Assembly (NCBI RefSeq): GCF_018350175.1
Contig: NC_058368.1
Location: 61,692,001 to 61,756,000, forward strand
Reading direction: 5' to 3'
Length of the DNA stretch: 64,000 bases
Origin: Felis catus
Taxonomy: Eukaryota
Shown piece after piece: positions 25,721-38,987 of the stretch (positions are counted from its first letter, which is position 1; each line of letters opens with the position of its first letter). The notes under the pieces are model-generated. The model was not told where the DNA came from, made no database searches, and worked only from the letters and a program-made list of their open reading frames with translations. Made by a program: the position numbers and the translations under genes.

Positions 25721-28389
25721 GTTCTACCTTTATTCATGATTTTTTTTTCAAGTGTCTCTCAGTTTCTCTTCATTTGAGCGCTGTGTGGATTCTTTTTCAC
25801 ATGAAAGATTATGGAAAGGTTAATACCATATTTCCCAAATATTTTTATCTTGTGGCTCACATAGACACAATACAATTAGTAAAGTATGCTCATGTTAAAG
25901 AATGATATTGTGCCCATGAAAGTGAACAGTCTGGGTTGGAGTGGTATATGTTGCTGGTGGCCCCCCAAACTTTCACCAATCCCAAAGCTAAATGATCAGT
26001 ATTTTCACCCGCTTGTAATCTATTCATGGCACAGGCATGTTATATAATACAACACTTAATTTGGGAAACCATTTTATTTTTTTTTTATTAGTATCTAGCA
26101 TCCAGGTGTTTTAGACTACAGGGTAATTTCATTCGGGTTAGAAATGGGTCTCTTTTATAAATAGCATCCTATTTCTGTTCTTTGGTTTTGATGTAGTCTA
26201 TGAAGTCATGGATGTTATCATTTCTACTAATTTTGTTGGTTTTGAGTAGAGCGATGGGTACACCAAAGCATTTAATAACAAACTTTTGTAAGTCTTGATT
26301 GTTGGACCATACATCTTTCTAAATGCAGAAACATTATACAAAACCTACAAAAAGAGCCCAAACCTTTCTTTCTGTTCCTTCCTGTTTCGTTTGTAGCACA
26401 ACTTATATATTAGTTCTAAAATTTTTTCAAGTGCTATGGGCGCTAGATCATGGTTAAAAGAATTATATTTTGAATGCTGCTTTGAGTCTGTGGGATGCAA
26501 CATTCTCTGTAACGATTTTATTATTGCTAAAGGCAAGAAATACTTTATTTCTAACATCAAAAGTAAATAAGATGTTGCTCATTTTAAGAGTCCAGGAATA
26601 TATAATGGGACCAGGATTACCTCAGGAGATAGAAGTTAACATTTGTAAACTTTGAAGAGTTTAAAGTTGTTATTCTTTCTGCAGACAGCACATAACTTCC
26701 TCTCAAACAATATTCTAACTTTTTAATCCCTTCAACTGCACAGTTGTATATGGACTGTTAGAACTAAAAGTAAACAGCCCAGGATAAACAACAGCTACAA
26801 GTGTCTACATTCTTGGATGAAGACCCAAGTTTCAGTACTGGAGGGATTAAAATCTAAAATTTAAGAAAAAAAACTAGTATTAAGTATATTATCTCCTAAA
26901 TAGATGGACCACATTTTTTTTTTAAAGTCAAGTTTCATTATTCTGCTAGGTTTCTTATTGCAGTATATTATACCCAGTGCAGTGAAGGGCATTATGGATA
27001 GACTCAAGAGCTGAAGTTTGTTTTCTTCATTTCTAGCTCTTTTGTTGTTGTTGTTGTTGTTGTTGTTGTTTTTAACATTTACTTAAATACTTTGCATTGT
27101 TTTTCACCTTCTGAAGATACTTTTTCACTTGTAATCATTGTGAAATTTGTAACAGCTAATGCATATTTAAAGGGGAAATATCTTTTACAGAACTATTTAG
27201 AGAAAGTAATGTTTCTTTAAAAACTGAATGAGACTGTTCTTTCAACTACATACTGTAAGTTTTTCTTTCTTCTTTTCTTATTTCTCAGGGCTATGATTTA
27301 TCACATTTTTATATCACTGGATATTCTTACATGGAATGTCAATATCTTCTAGTTAGAAATATAAAGGATATCACTAGTGACTGCTTATGGCTTTCTGCTT
27401 CAGTAGAATTCAGCATGAGAACTTTCTAAGAACACAGACACTTTTGTTCATTCTCAACTATTTATGCATCATTAAATTTAGTTCACATATGCTCATGGAA
27501 TAATTGAAGATGACTTACATTATTCTGGTGTTATGAGTGGTTTTATATATACTCTACTTTTGTCTGAACATTTACTTTAATGTTTATATCATAACAAGGA
27601 TATAGGTAATTTAAAAATCATTATTCTAATACAAATTAAAGTTAAATTTTAGAGACTTGAAACCCAGGAACTATTATCTTTTCCAGAAGGTGTGCTTACA
27701 GAAATTCACTAACTCAACATGCGCCCTTCCTTTTTCTGTGGAAGTTCCTATTATACATAGGCGGAGAACCATGTGTGCATGTAACGCTACAACTCTTTAC
27801 CTTTTTTGTCTAGCATGACAGAGTTGCTACGCACTTGTCTTGTATTCATGATTGGCAAAAGACAAAAGGTGGCATAAGAAAAATACTCAAGAGAAATGTG
27901 AGGACCCCCAGATGAGCTTCAATTTTGAACTCTTGCACGTGACATTCCTATCTCTTCCATCCTGTCTAAGTAAAAAAGATAGGAAAATCAGAGTGGCACC
28001 TTAGTATTAAAACTGAAAACAAATTTAGGTATCGTTGAATGCCAGAAACTACAAGAAATTTAACGCAGAAGTGACTGATGGGAGGGATTGCAAATACTGA
28101 TTAATTTATTGATTTTCTGAGAAATAATTTTGTATGATATGTATTTATTCAGTCATTCCTCCAATTTGCATGGAGTTTTACTAATTTCAAGCACTTTTTA
28201 GCTACTATGTTATAAGTAAATATCTGTCCTGGGGAGATGTTGTAAATATAGGTAAATAGCTAGACAGATGGACTTACATATACATACTGAAAAGGCTAGA
28301 AAAAAAATGGATCCTTAGGTAACTATAAGGGGAGCAAATCTAAATAAAGAATAAAGAATTTTGAAGAATATACTAACTGAAGTATAATC

Positions 28390-28700
28390 TCCTAAAAATA
28401 GCCAATCAGTATGAGAAGTAAAACAGAGAAGTTTGCATACTATGTGATTTTATTTATATAAATAAATATAAAATATGAAAATTATGAATAGTTAATATTG
28501 AAAAACAGTAAAAATGATCTCCTGTGTTAACAGTCAGAATAGTGATTATTTTTGTGGCATGATGAAGGAGAGAGGACATGAAGAGGCATCTGAGGTCTAA
28601 TAAATGAAGTCACACAGATACGTGTGCTTGGTGAAAATTAACTCAGTAGCACTTAAGGCTGTGTACGTTTTCCTGCTTTACGTACGTTTTCCTGCTTTCC
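28390..28700 (+). mobile_element. L1ME-like 3' end
   Basis: catactatgtgattttatttatata...gtcagaatagtgattatttttg...gtgaaaattaactcagtagcacttaag. Confidence 0.6.
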
Positions 28701-29504
28701 TCCTATACAAAATTCACACGTAAAAAAGCAATGTGACATGTGAGCACTTGGGGAAAGTTTGGTTCAGATATAACGACAGCTGGTAGAAAAGTCCAAGAAA
28801 GAGAACACCTCTACATCTTCTTGAAGGAGAATGGAGGCCAGTAGGACGGGAGCACAATTACCTAAGAGTGAAACTTCCAGTGCATGTGGTCAGAAGGATT
28901 CTGGGGCAAAAAAATGTGGAAATTTAAAGACCGAAGGGCAGAAATGAAATTTAGTTTTAAGTGTGAATGGAGAAGACTCATGATTTCTGAGCATCACAGT
29001 GGGGCATCACTGAGCAATAGAAAATTAACTTCATGCAGAGAAAGGAGTAAATGATCCTTTTAGCCAGTTAGGATGGTAGCTCACAGTTTAAAATGTTTAG
29101 AAGGCAACTACGAACACTAGCGCATTGGATAAATGACAACCCTACTTAGAGCTACTCAGTTTTTGAAGTTTTTTTTTTTTTTTTTCTGGTAGTTTTGGTA
29201 AATTATGTTTATCAAGAGATTGACAAATTTCTTCTAATTTTTAAGCTTCGTTGTCACAGTTATAATATTTTCATTATTCATTTATTATCTATGCAATCCC
29301 TCTTGAAAGAATAAAATCTTAGTTTTGCTAAATTTCTCTATTATCTGTACTTATTATTAGTGTTCACTTTACCTACTTTGGTGTTATTGATTATCTTTTT
29401 CTAGCTTTTTAAGATTGAATATTAGGCCACTGCTTTGAGATGTTTTCTCCATTGCTATTTTAGACTTTAAAAACTATACATTTTCAGTTAAGAACTGCCT
29501 TAGT

Positions 29505-29728
29505 GAGGGGACCTGGGTGGCTCAGATGGTCGAGCACCCAACTTCGGCTCAGGTCATGATCTTGCGGTTTGTGAGTTCAAGCCCGTGGCCGGGCTCTGTG
29601 CTGACAGCTCAGAGCCTGGAGCCTGCTTCAGATTCTGTCTGCCTTTCTCTCTGCCACTCCCTGCTCATGGTCTGTCTCTCTGTCTCTCTCAAAAATAAGT
29701 AAATGTTAAAAAAGATTTAAAGAAAAAA
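29505..29728 (+). mobile_element. CAN-SINE
   Basis: Full body; TSD core gccttagtg at 29497-29505 and 29731-29739. Confidence 0.94.
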
Positions 29729-30231
29729 TGGCCTTAGTGGTATTGTGTAAATTTTCATATATTACATTTCCATGATCATTCAATTATAACTATATTTTAT
29801 TCCTCCTGTAATTTAATCTGTGAACCATTAATTATTTAGACGTGCATTGTTTAATTTCTACATACTCAGGGCTTCAAAAAGAACTATGATTTCTTTTCAA
29901 TTTAGTTCCATTGTGGTCAGATAATACACTATGTATTATTTTGCTATTTTTAAATGTATTTGGGAATCATTTTTAGCCCAGAAAACATCCTGTCATTGTG
30001 AATGTATCATGTGCACTTAACAAAAAAAATCTGTATTTTGTAGTTGTTGGATGGAGCATTCTTTTCTGTACATGTCAATCAGATCAAGGTTTGTGGTAAT
30101 TTCATTCAAATCTTTTATGACTTTACTAAAGTTTTGTCTACTTGTTCTATTGACTGCTGAAATATATATGTTGAATTTCCCATTTTACTTCCAGTTAAGC
30201 TTGTGAATTTTTGCTTCCTATATTTTAAGTC

Positions 30232-30498
30232 TTTTTCAAATATATATATGTATATATATACATATATATGTATCTATATGTATATATATATACTTTTTAA
30301 GTTTATTTATTTACTTTGAGAGAGAGAGACAGAGCAAGCTGGGGAGGGGCAGCGAGAGGGATAGAGAGAGAATCCCAAGCAGGCTCCACATTGCCAGTGT
30401 GGAGCCCAATGTGGGGCTTGAATCATGAACCTTGAGATCATGACCTGAGCCAAAATCCAGAGTCAGATGCTTAACCAACTGAGCCACTCAGGCGCCCC
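30232..30498 (-). mobile_element. CAN-SINE whose tail region has become a TA/TG microsatellite
   Basis: TSD (a/t)ttttaagtc at 30222-30231 and 30501-30510 encloses both the (TA)n tract at 30240-30292 and the SINE body. Confidence 0.92.
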
Positions 30499-31250
30499 AA
30501 TTTTTAAGTCCCCTTTAAATGCTAATTATGTATTTATGAATGAATGTTCTCCTTTATTGTTTCAAACTGACCTTTTTCTCTCAGAACACTTGTTGCCTTG
30601 AAGTCTATTTTAGTTTATATTCAAAGAGCCCTTCCAGTTTTCTTTGCCTTATTATGTTTGCAGCATATCTTTTTTGCATCCATTTATTTTGATTGATTTG
30701 TGTATTTAAATAAAAAGTGAGTAACTTGTATAGAAGGGTCAGGCTTTTTTAATGCATTCATTAACCTCTACCTTTTATTTGGTTGTGTAGACAATTTAAT
30801 GTAATTATTTATGAGGTTAGATTTAGATGTATCATTTAATATTTGTTTCTATAGGTGCCTTCTCAATTTTGTTCTGCATACTCCCCCCTCTTTTCCTGCC
30901 TTTTTTTTGGACTATTTGATATTTTTAGTATTTTTTTAATTTAAATATTGTCTCTTTGGACATATCTCATTTTATTTTTCTGGTGGTTATTTCAGCCATT
31001 ATAATGACTTAATGTTTCATGATGTGTATATGGGTAATAATAATAATTTTGTAATATATGTACTAAATATATTATATACTACATATTAATATATATATAA
31101 TATATATAATAGGTTACAATATAGAAACCTTATAATGTATATCTTCTTTAATCCTTTCCCTAGTTGACACTTGACTTCGTTGCCATACATACTATATGTA
31201 TGTTAAAAATTTCACCACTTTTATATTTTTTGCTTTAAACAAACATATTT

Positions 31251-31467
31251 AAATTTTTTTTTAATGTTTATTTATTTTTGACAGAGAGAGAGAGACAGAG
31301 CATGAGCGGGGGAGGGGCAGAGAGAGAGGGAGACACAGAATCGAAAGCAGGCTCCAGGCTCTGAGCTGTCAGCACAGAGCCTGACACGGGGCTCGAACCC
31401 ACAGACTGGGAGATCATGACCTGAGCCTAAGTCGGACACTCAACTGACTGAGCCACCAAGGCGCCCC
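31251..31467 (-). mobile_element. CAN-SINE
   Basis: Perfect TSD aaacaaacatattt at 31237-31250 and 31468-31481. Confidence 0.97.
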
Positions 31468-32424
31468 AAACAAACATATTTTAAACAACTTAAATGAGAA
31501 AAAATAGCATGTTACAATACTTATGCATTTACTCTTATTGGTGTTATTACTTCATTTCCTTCTAAGGATCCGATTTTACATCTGATGTAGTTTTCTGTAA
31601 GCCTAAAGAATTTTTTATAGCCTTTTTCGTAGAGCATGTCTGGTAACAAAACAAAACAAAACCACTTAGATTTTGTTAATCAGGGGATCTTATTTTGGCC
31701 CTTATTTCCATTTGTGTGTCTCTTCTCCACATTTGGTTCCCCTGCATGGAGTCCTCACATAGTTATTACTTTTATTATTATTATTATTATTTGGTTCAGA
31801 GTTTGTAGTTGTAGTGATGCGAGGGAGGGTCTTTACAGGGATTCTGCCATAGCAAAACAGACCTCCATTTCTAGCATCCTTATTTATTTCATTACGTAGT
31901 GACAAAATGCTCTAGTGCTATAACTCAGATCCCCATCTTCCAATGCCATATAAATGATATGATATCTATAACTTATAAAGAACAATATATTTTCTCTGCT
32001 CCTTTTTCCCAAGGAAATATTTAAAAGTAATGTCTCTTCTGGATTGCTACATATAATCCTTGCTATTCATGTTCTGATTAGCTGAGCAAAATATGCCTTG
32101 TATCCCTATGTTTCTGGAGATAAAATTATTTTAATGAAAATTAAAAATGTATATTCATTCTTGATTATCTAAAATCTGAGCTTGATTAGGTACATCCTTG
32201 CCAATAACATAGGCATTTAACAGTGTCCAAATTATAAATAGATGCTTTTTATATTGTGATTTAAATAGGTTGAAAATTATAATTATTATGTAACATGATA
32301 GAAAGATTCAAGGCATATATTTCTTCAGAAGTTTAATTTTAATTTTACAAAAAATCTTGAATTAAACTACATTTAAAAAATATTTTAAAATACTAATAGC
32401 CATTGCTTTATAAAACCTTATGCA

Positions 32425-33353
32425 ACAAGATGATATTCTGTCCTCATTATGTATTCCTGGCAACTTTGTTGAAGACCAGTTGGCCATATATGCATGGGTT
32501 TATTTATAGGCTCTATAAATTGTCTGTTTTTGTGCCAGTGCCATACTGCTTTAACTACTCTAGCTTTATAATATATTTTTATTTTTATTTATTTATAAAT
32601 TTTTTAATGTTTTATTTATTTTTGAGACAGAGAGAGACAGAGCATGAACGGGGGAGGGTCAGAGAGAGAGGGAGACACAGAATCTGAAGCAGGCTCCAGG
32701 CTCTGAGCTGTCAGCACAGAGCCTGACGCAGGGCTCAAACCACGGACTGTGAGATCATGACCTGAGCCGAAGTCAGATGCTTAACCGACTGAGCCACCCA
32801 GGCGCCCCTATAATATATTTTTAAATAGGAGGTGTGACACTTCTAGGTTTGATCTTTTTTCTCAAGATTGGTTTAGCTGTTTGGGGTCTGTTGGGATTCC
32901 ATGTGAATTTTAGGACTTTTTTTCTCTATAAAAAATGTCATTGAGATTTTGATAGGGATTGCATGAATCTGGATTGCTTTGACTCATGTGGACATTTTAG
33001 CAATATTAAGTCTTCCAGACCATTAACACGTGTGGCCTTTCCATGTATTTCCGTCTTTAATTTATTTCTCTAATGTTTTATAGAAGTCAGCATACCATTC
33101 TTTCTGCACGCAAAAGAATGACATTTGACCTTTGTCTTACATCATACACAAAAATAAACTCAAAATGAAAAAAATGTTTAAATATAAGAAAAATGTAAAA
33201 CTCCTAGATGAAAACAAAGGGAAAAATGATCATGACATTGATCTAAGCAAGGATATTTCTTGGATATGACACCAAAGACACAAGCAGAAATAGTCTAGTT
33301 GGACTACCTCAAACTAAAAGCTTTTGCCCAGTATAGGAAACAATCAATAGACT
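32425..33353 (+). mobile_element. Old L1 ORF2 fragment with 5' inversion (32425-33104 antisense, 33105-33353 sense)
   Basis: Left segment is antisense ORF2; after 33105 the sense text gcaaaagaatgacatttgacc...tacacaaaaataaactcaaaatg continues almost where the inverted piece stops. Confidence 0.8.
32581..32808 (-). mobile_element. CAN-SINE
   Basis: Perfect TSD tataatatattttt at 32567-32580 and 32809-32822. Confidence 0.97.
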
Positions 33354-33850
33354 GTCAGTCTCTATAGTAAACACAGATATGTGGATCAGAGGTGGACCCA
33401 TCCAACTGATTATTTACTAACTCAGTACCTTAGAGTTGATTCCTCATGCCCCGATTTCTACTCAGGGTAATGTGACAAGGGCAGATGCCATCCACTCTTG
33501 AGGGAGGGAGGTGAGAGGAACCCCAAAATTATCAATCCCAACTCTTAATGCAGAGAAGCTTGCACAACTGCTTCTCCTCAAAAAAAAAATGAGGAAGAGA
33601 GCTTAACTTTGTAATGTAAATAAATCCTCCTTGAGGAAAGGTTTAATTACCTTCTGGAAGTAAACAAAGGGCTCCAGGAGCCTTAAACCAGTACCTCTCT
33701 TTGGAGATCTCTATGTTTAAGTTCCAAGATTTATTTGCCTTTCACTTACCATTTAACCTACATTACCTGTCATTTTTACTCAGAAAGACCTGACCACGCA
33801 TAAACATAAAAGCTTCAAGCAACATAATGAAGACTAGTATATTTCTAAAG
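33354..33850 (-). mobile_element. Probable ERVL-class solo LTR (MER54/73/74/88-like)
   Basis: ctcagaaagacctgaccacgcataaacataaaa resembles, by recall, the antisense 5' part of this LTR group; boundaries approximate. Confidence 0.45.
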
Positions 33851-34619
33851 GTATCAATTTTCAAATTCAGTTAGCTTGTGTGCCTTCATTTAGAGTGAAG
33901 ACTTTTCAAGAGTCCTTTCAAGTGCGGCATAAAATTTCCAAAAATGTCAAAGACAAGAATAGGTTTAAATTTTTCCACACCTTCACAAATGTTTTGTGAA
34001 ATTTAAAAAATACAGATCAAAAGTTATCGACAAAGGTTAACTCTAGGGAAACTGCAGACTCTCAGAGAACAAAATCAGAAATTATAGCTAAAGAGAAAAA
34101 AAAGGAAGGTATTTGGGGAACTAAGGTCACTCAATACTCAGAAATGCATGGAGAATGAAAGGTAAATTTTTGAAAATTAAGAATATAATGCATTCATTGA
34201 AAGTTAAGTCAGTGAATATGGCTGGGATATATACATTATTTCATGTAGGAATTCATTTACTCAACACTGATTGTTTCTTAGGTGCATAATCTTGGTTATA
34301 AGTGCTCAGAATCTAAACACATATAAACTACTTTAATCCCCAGTGGTGAGGTGCAAAGGTAGGAAAGTAAAAAGCCAATTATATGTTGTGGTTCTTCCAT
34401 CTTATAGGCAGTTTGGGTTCTTTTTGTCCCCTTAGCTATATTACTTTAGCACAAACTATTAACAGTTGGTGAATATTTTAAGCTGTTTTTTCTTTTATTT
34501 TACCAAACTGAGAAGTTAAAAGTAAATTTTCCCCAGTGAAAGATGTTTCTATGTTATGGTATTAGTAAAGATGATTTGTGGTAGTTTTTTCTTCTGCTTG
34601 AATGATTTTCTGTTTTTAG

Positions 34620-34673
34620 AATGAGAGACTGTGACCAACAGTTCTGTGACTACCTCAACTTTTTGTTTGATAG
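34620..34673 (+). pseudogene. Candidate exon D (54 nt, phase 2 to 2) of the RhoGAP-like chain
   Basis: ttttctgtttttAG acceptor (34618-34619), TAG|gtaatt donor; only the phase-2 frame is open: MRDCDQQFCDYLNFLFD. Confidence 0.4.
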
Positions 34674-34849
34674 GTAATTTTGATATTCTACTTTCAGAAA
34701 AATATATCAATGTTTAGCCTCTTAATTGGAGAGAGAAACAAAACAATCAATCTTTTGATACCAAGGTATAGTTTTACCCCTCACATTTCTGCATAAATTG
34801 TAGAATATTCTGCGTGAAGTATGCTGAGGGGAAGAAAAAGAAAACTAGT

Positions 34850-35790
34850 ACAGATGTTTATGAGAGATACTGGTGGTCAGTTTTCTTTTTCTTTTCTTTT
34901 TTTTTTAAATATAATTTTTGTTGGCTTCGGTATCAAGGTTACATTAGCCTCACAAACGTTTAGGGAAGTATTCCATTCTCTTTTATTTTCTCCAAGAAAT
35001 TGTGGAAAATTGGTTTTAATTTTTCTTTAAATGTTTGGCAGAATTCTACAGGGAAGGAACCTGAGTTTGGAGATTTTTTCAGGAATTTTTAAATTGCAAA
35101 TTCAATATCTCCAGTGGTTATATAACTATTCTCAGTATGATGGTTGAGTTTTGATAGTTTATAGTTTTCAAGGAATTGTTTCATTCTTCTGAGTTTTCAA
35201 AATTATAAGTGTAAAGTTTTTCTTAGTATGTTTTCATTATCGTTTCAATGGCTTCAGTGTGTGTGGTGATATCTCTCATACTTGTTATCTTTAAATTGTA
35301 GTTTTCTCTTTTTATTGTTGTCAGTCTTACTAAGGGTTTATAAAGTTCCTTGTCTTTTTTTTCCAAAAGGAACATGTCCCCCGCTTTGTTGTTTTCCCTT
35401 TTCAATTTCATTTATTTCTGCTCATCTTTATTATTTAATTCCTTCTTTCTACTTTGAGTTTATTGTGCCCCTTTTGTCTAGTCTCTTGAGGTAGAAACTT
35501 AGATTATTGAGATTTTTTTTTTAAATTCAAGCATTTTGTGCTACAGATTTCCCTCCCTGCACTACTTTAGGTGTATCCCACTTTTTATTTGTTATATTTT
35601 TCCTTTTTACTCAATTCTATGTACTTTTCAAAATTTCTTTTGAGCTCACCTCTTTGACACATGCATTATTTAGAAGTGTAGTGTGTAATTTCTAATTTTT
35701 TAGAAAACTTCCTGTGGTCTTTCTGTCATTGATTTCTAGTTTGATTTTATTGTGGCCTCCTGTATAATTTTAATTTCCTTAAATATACGT
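34850..35790 (-). mobile_element. Old L1 ORF2 fragment (L1MC/L1M4-like)
   Basis: atgtttatgagagatactggt...ggtatcaaggttacattagcctcac...ttctttaaatgtttggcagaattc; minus-strand ORF 35223-35411 contains L1-like KPLVRL. Confidence 0.85.
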
Positions 35791-35849
35791 ATTGTTTATG
35801 GGTGAGATTAGATTAGGTTCTGTTGTTTGGTTTTGTTATTTGGTTCTGT

Positions 35850-36554
35850 TGTCTAATTTTTTCCGTACAGCCTGGGGACAGAAAGCTCCCTGCTGAATCC
35901 CACTGCTGGGGGGATAAATTTAAAGGGAGGGGTGGATGCAATTAAAGTACCATTGAACTCCATCTCCCAACTTTTCACTCTGAGTGATACTTTTATGATG
36001 CTGAGTAGTGGGGAGAGGCTCAGTTCCCATTGCAATCAGCTGATAACAGAGGTGGGAACAAGCATTGTTCTGAGTACCTCTAAATCATATAGCCCTGAAT
36101 TCAGTCTTGTTGATGCTAAGTGGGTGATAAGGCTCAGCTGACTGGTGGAGCCAGCTGACAATGTGCAGGGGCAGTGAGGAAGTGGAGTGATAAGTAGCTT
36201 CTCACAATGCTTCATGAAATATCATTGCTACAGAGTGAGAGTGGAGCTCAGCTCATCACTCTATTACATGGACACTACCCTGACTTGAGATTGGAGTACG
36301 GGCCATTGACTTCTACAGAATGGTCAGCCTACTGAGGGAAGCTGACAGCTGCCTTCTACCAAGAAAGTGAGTGGAGCTGACGATCTGTTCCGTGCATGTG
36401 TAGCCCTACCAAAATCATAAATAGGGTGTGATTGTTATGTTGGTGCTTGGATGAAGTGAAGACAGTACGGCCAAAAGGTTTTCTGTTGTTAGGCCACCAT
36501 TTTCACTCACTTCAGCTCAGAAAAAAAAAAAAAAAAAAAAAAAAAAAAGACTTG

Positions 36555-36603
<49 letters not shown>

Positions 36604-36830
36604 CCAGGCTGCCCTGGCTAGGACACGTAGAAGGGAAAAATGAAACCCAGAGATTTCACTGTACTGTCATTCCTCAAGTGCCTCGGTCCCTAAGAACTCT
36701 ACCTTTTTCTTTCCAACCTTAAGAATCTTCCTATGCTTGTTTATTATGTTATATCCAGGAGACATTAGTGTAAGAGGGAGGAGAACCTGGGAGGAGTAGA
36801 ACTAATCTATCTTGCTTGAAACCTGATGTG
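35850..36830 (-). mobile_element. Old L1 5' UTR region (L1MC-type 5' end)
   Basis: Antisense 5'-end text tcttcctatgcttgtttattatgttatatccagg...gtaagagggaggagaacctgggaggag; probably the same element as 34850-35790 with ORF1 lost. Confidence 0.6.
36520..36602. repeat. Poly(A) run followed by (GT)n microsatellite
   Basis: A-run at about 36521-36548 and (GT)n at about 36557-36602. Confidence 0.95.
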
Positions 36831-37445
36831 TATGGATTGAATGTTAATGATTCATTATATTAAATGAAATTTTCAAGCTAAATGCAAATGACAAAATATT
36901 TATTTTGAAAAAGGGATTTTGTTTTACTTTTTTAAAATGCTGTAACGCTCTGTAGATTTTGCAAAACTAAAATTCTCTCAAAATTCAAAGCTTGCAGTTT
37001 TGACATCTTTTCTAGTCTTGCCCAAACAGAAATATTACATGTGGGACTTTGAGAATATTAATTATGCCATTTTCTTCATTAATATTCTTGACATCAACTC
37101 CTTCTGTGTTCTATGATTACTTTTCTGGAATTTAATATCATCTACATGAACTGATAAGACATCTACTCTAAATTTTTTGTCTTGCCTTAAAGATTTTGCT
37201 ATTTTATACTGTGGATATATTCACACTACAATGAAACTGTTGTGGGCTTTATTTAAATGTCTCAAAGCTTATTAATGAATCATAAAAATGATTAATAACT
37301 AGTTCAGGTTGTGTTCGTATTGATTTTTAAAATATTCCTTAGGATTTCAGAAAATATCATTTTAAAAGTAAGTCAATTTTGTTTCAATATACATACATTT
37401 TTACATAAAAATCCAATGAATTCATATATGTATAGGGTTATCTTC

Positions 37446-37678
37446 TTTTTTTCTCTTGTTTTTTAAATGTTTATTTATTTTTGAGAGAGACAGAGAGACC
37501 ATAAGCAGGGGAGGGTCAGAGGGAGAAGAAGACACTGAATTCGAAGCAGGCTCCAGGCTCTGAGCTGTCAGCACAGAGCCTGACGCAGAGCTCTAGCTCA
37601 TCAGCCATGAGATCATGACCTGATCCGAGGCCTGATGCTTTCCGCTTAACCAACTGAATCAGCCAAGTGAAGTGCCCC
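37446..37678 (-). mobile_element. CAN-SINE
   Basis: Antisense body with micro-duplications (gctt-tcc-gctt, aagtg-aagtg) in the head. Confidence 0.93.
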
Positions 37679-37958
37679 TGGGCAATGTTGCTTCTAACCA
37701 GGGGATTCCTAATATTTCTATGTTCTGAAAATGTACCCCATTATAATAATTGAAAACAAGATGTGATGAATGCATATCACTGTATTATATGTTTACTTAT
37801 CTTTATGATGAAACAAGATTATTTTTTAAAGAAAAAACAGAGCAAAACAAAAAAATGTAAAGACTGTGAGCGTCAAAGCTGGTTACTGGGATTTCCTTTA
37901 ATATAATAATCAGTACTGCACATAAGACATTAATCTCTTTATGTTTAAAAAATCTCTC

Positions 37959-38189
37959 GGGGCGCCTGGGTGGCTTGGTCGGTTAAACGTCCAACTTCGG
38001 CTCAGGTCATGATCTCGCGGTCTGTGAGTTCGAGCCCCGCGTTGGGCTCTGTGCTGACAGCTCAGAGCCTGGAGCCTGTTTCAGATTCTGTGTCTCCCTC
38101 TCTCTCTGCCCCTCCCCTGTTCATGCTCTGTCTCTCTCTGTCTCAAAAATGAATAAACGTTAAAAAAAATAAGAAAAAATAAAAAAAAA
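37959..38189 (+). mobile_element. CAN-SINE (fairly young)
   Basis: Perfect TSD taaaaaatctctc at 37946-37958 and 38190-38202; many CpGs kept. Confidence 0.97.
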
Positions 38190-38945
38190 TAAAAAATCTC
38201 TCAAACCCAATTTCATACCACCTGGATAATTTCTCTTATTTCTCTCTTGTCAAAAAAGGTGTGTATGTGAATATGTGTGCAATATATCTATTTTATAGGA
38301 TAAAAAGAAAAAAAAAAGAAGAGATGAGAAGTTCTAATTACTGGTTGTAGAGAGTAAAGAAGAAAATAGTTTCTATTTTGGCTCATACTTGGATCCAAAG
38401 TGGAAAGTTTTCATGATCTGGGTCTTATTCCTACGAAATATAGCTAGCAATGGATGTAATAGTGGTGACTGTTCTTGGATCATGTCTGATCTTCTGCAGA
38501 GTTCCCTGTTTTCCGGTGCTCAATCATGTAAAAACGAATTTAGTAGAATATCAGAACATAACCAAACTATACATGTGTGCATCCATGCACGTGTGTGTGT
38601 GTGCACGTGCGTGTGTAGGGGAATGTTCAGTAGTCCTACAATACTTCATATTTCCCCCCTTGAAAACAAAGCCTAAATGCCACAGAACTCTCTCTCCAGT
38701 GATGTTTACATTTGCAGTGAAGCATTTCTTCCTGTCCTCCATATAGATTGATGGTTCTCATTATTATTGACATATTTGCTGCATCTTATTTGGGGTAAGA
38801 AGTTTTTCTAATATCAGGTATCAATTATTCTCATGGACAACTCTTGTCATTCTCTACAAATCTCAATTATTTTCCTAAAATACCTGCACTTAAAAATAAA
38901 TTTAAAAAAATACTTTGGGCTTTTTTATTTTTTACCTTTTCATAG

Positions 38946-38987
38946 TCGAAATAATTATTAACCAATATTTAGTGGAGAATGCTGCAG
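38946..38987 (+). pseudogene. Candidate exon E (42 nt) with near-consensus splice sites
   Basis: ttttttattttttaccttttcatAG acceptor and CAG|gtgagt donor; phase-1 frame is open (EIIINQYLVENAA); phase-2 frame reads RNNY*PIFSGECC. Confidence 0.5.

Larger units (their letters stand above)
29180..31650 (-). mobile_element. Ancient L1 ORF2 region, interrupted by three SINEs
   Basis: Antisense endonuclease-region motifs ccattgtggtcagataatacac, gtgaatgtatcatgtgcactt, tgtattttgtagttgttggatggagc; boundaries approximate. Confidence 0.7.

Noticed and set aside
27289..27430. Strong acceptor tttcttatttctcAG followed by a 46-codon open frame
   Set aside because: No matching donor and no recognisable motif.
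28663..28698. Short tandem duplication gtacgttttcctgcttt x2 (similar ones at 8456-8485 and 46049-46070)
   Set aside because: Ordinary slippage duplications with no further structure.
38389..38500. LFLRNIASN / MDVIVVTVLGSCL, resembling RhoGAP FLxxV...MxxxNLxxVFGP
   Set aside because: No usable splice sites, needs a deletion plus a frameshift, and 39532-39630 fits the same motif better; probably over-fitting.
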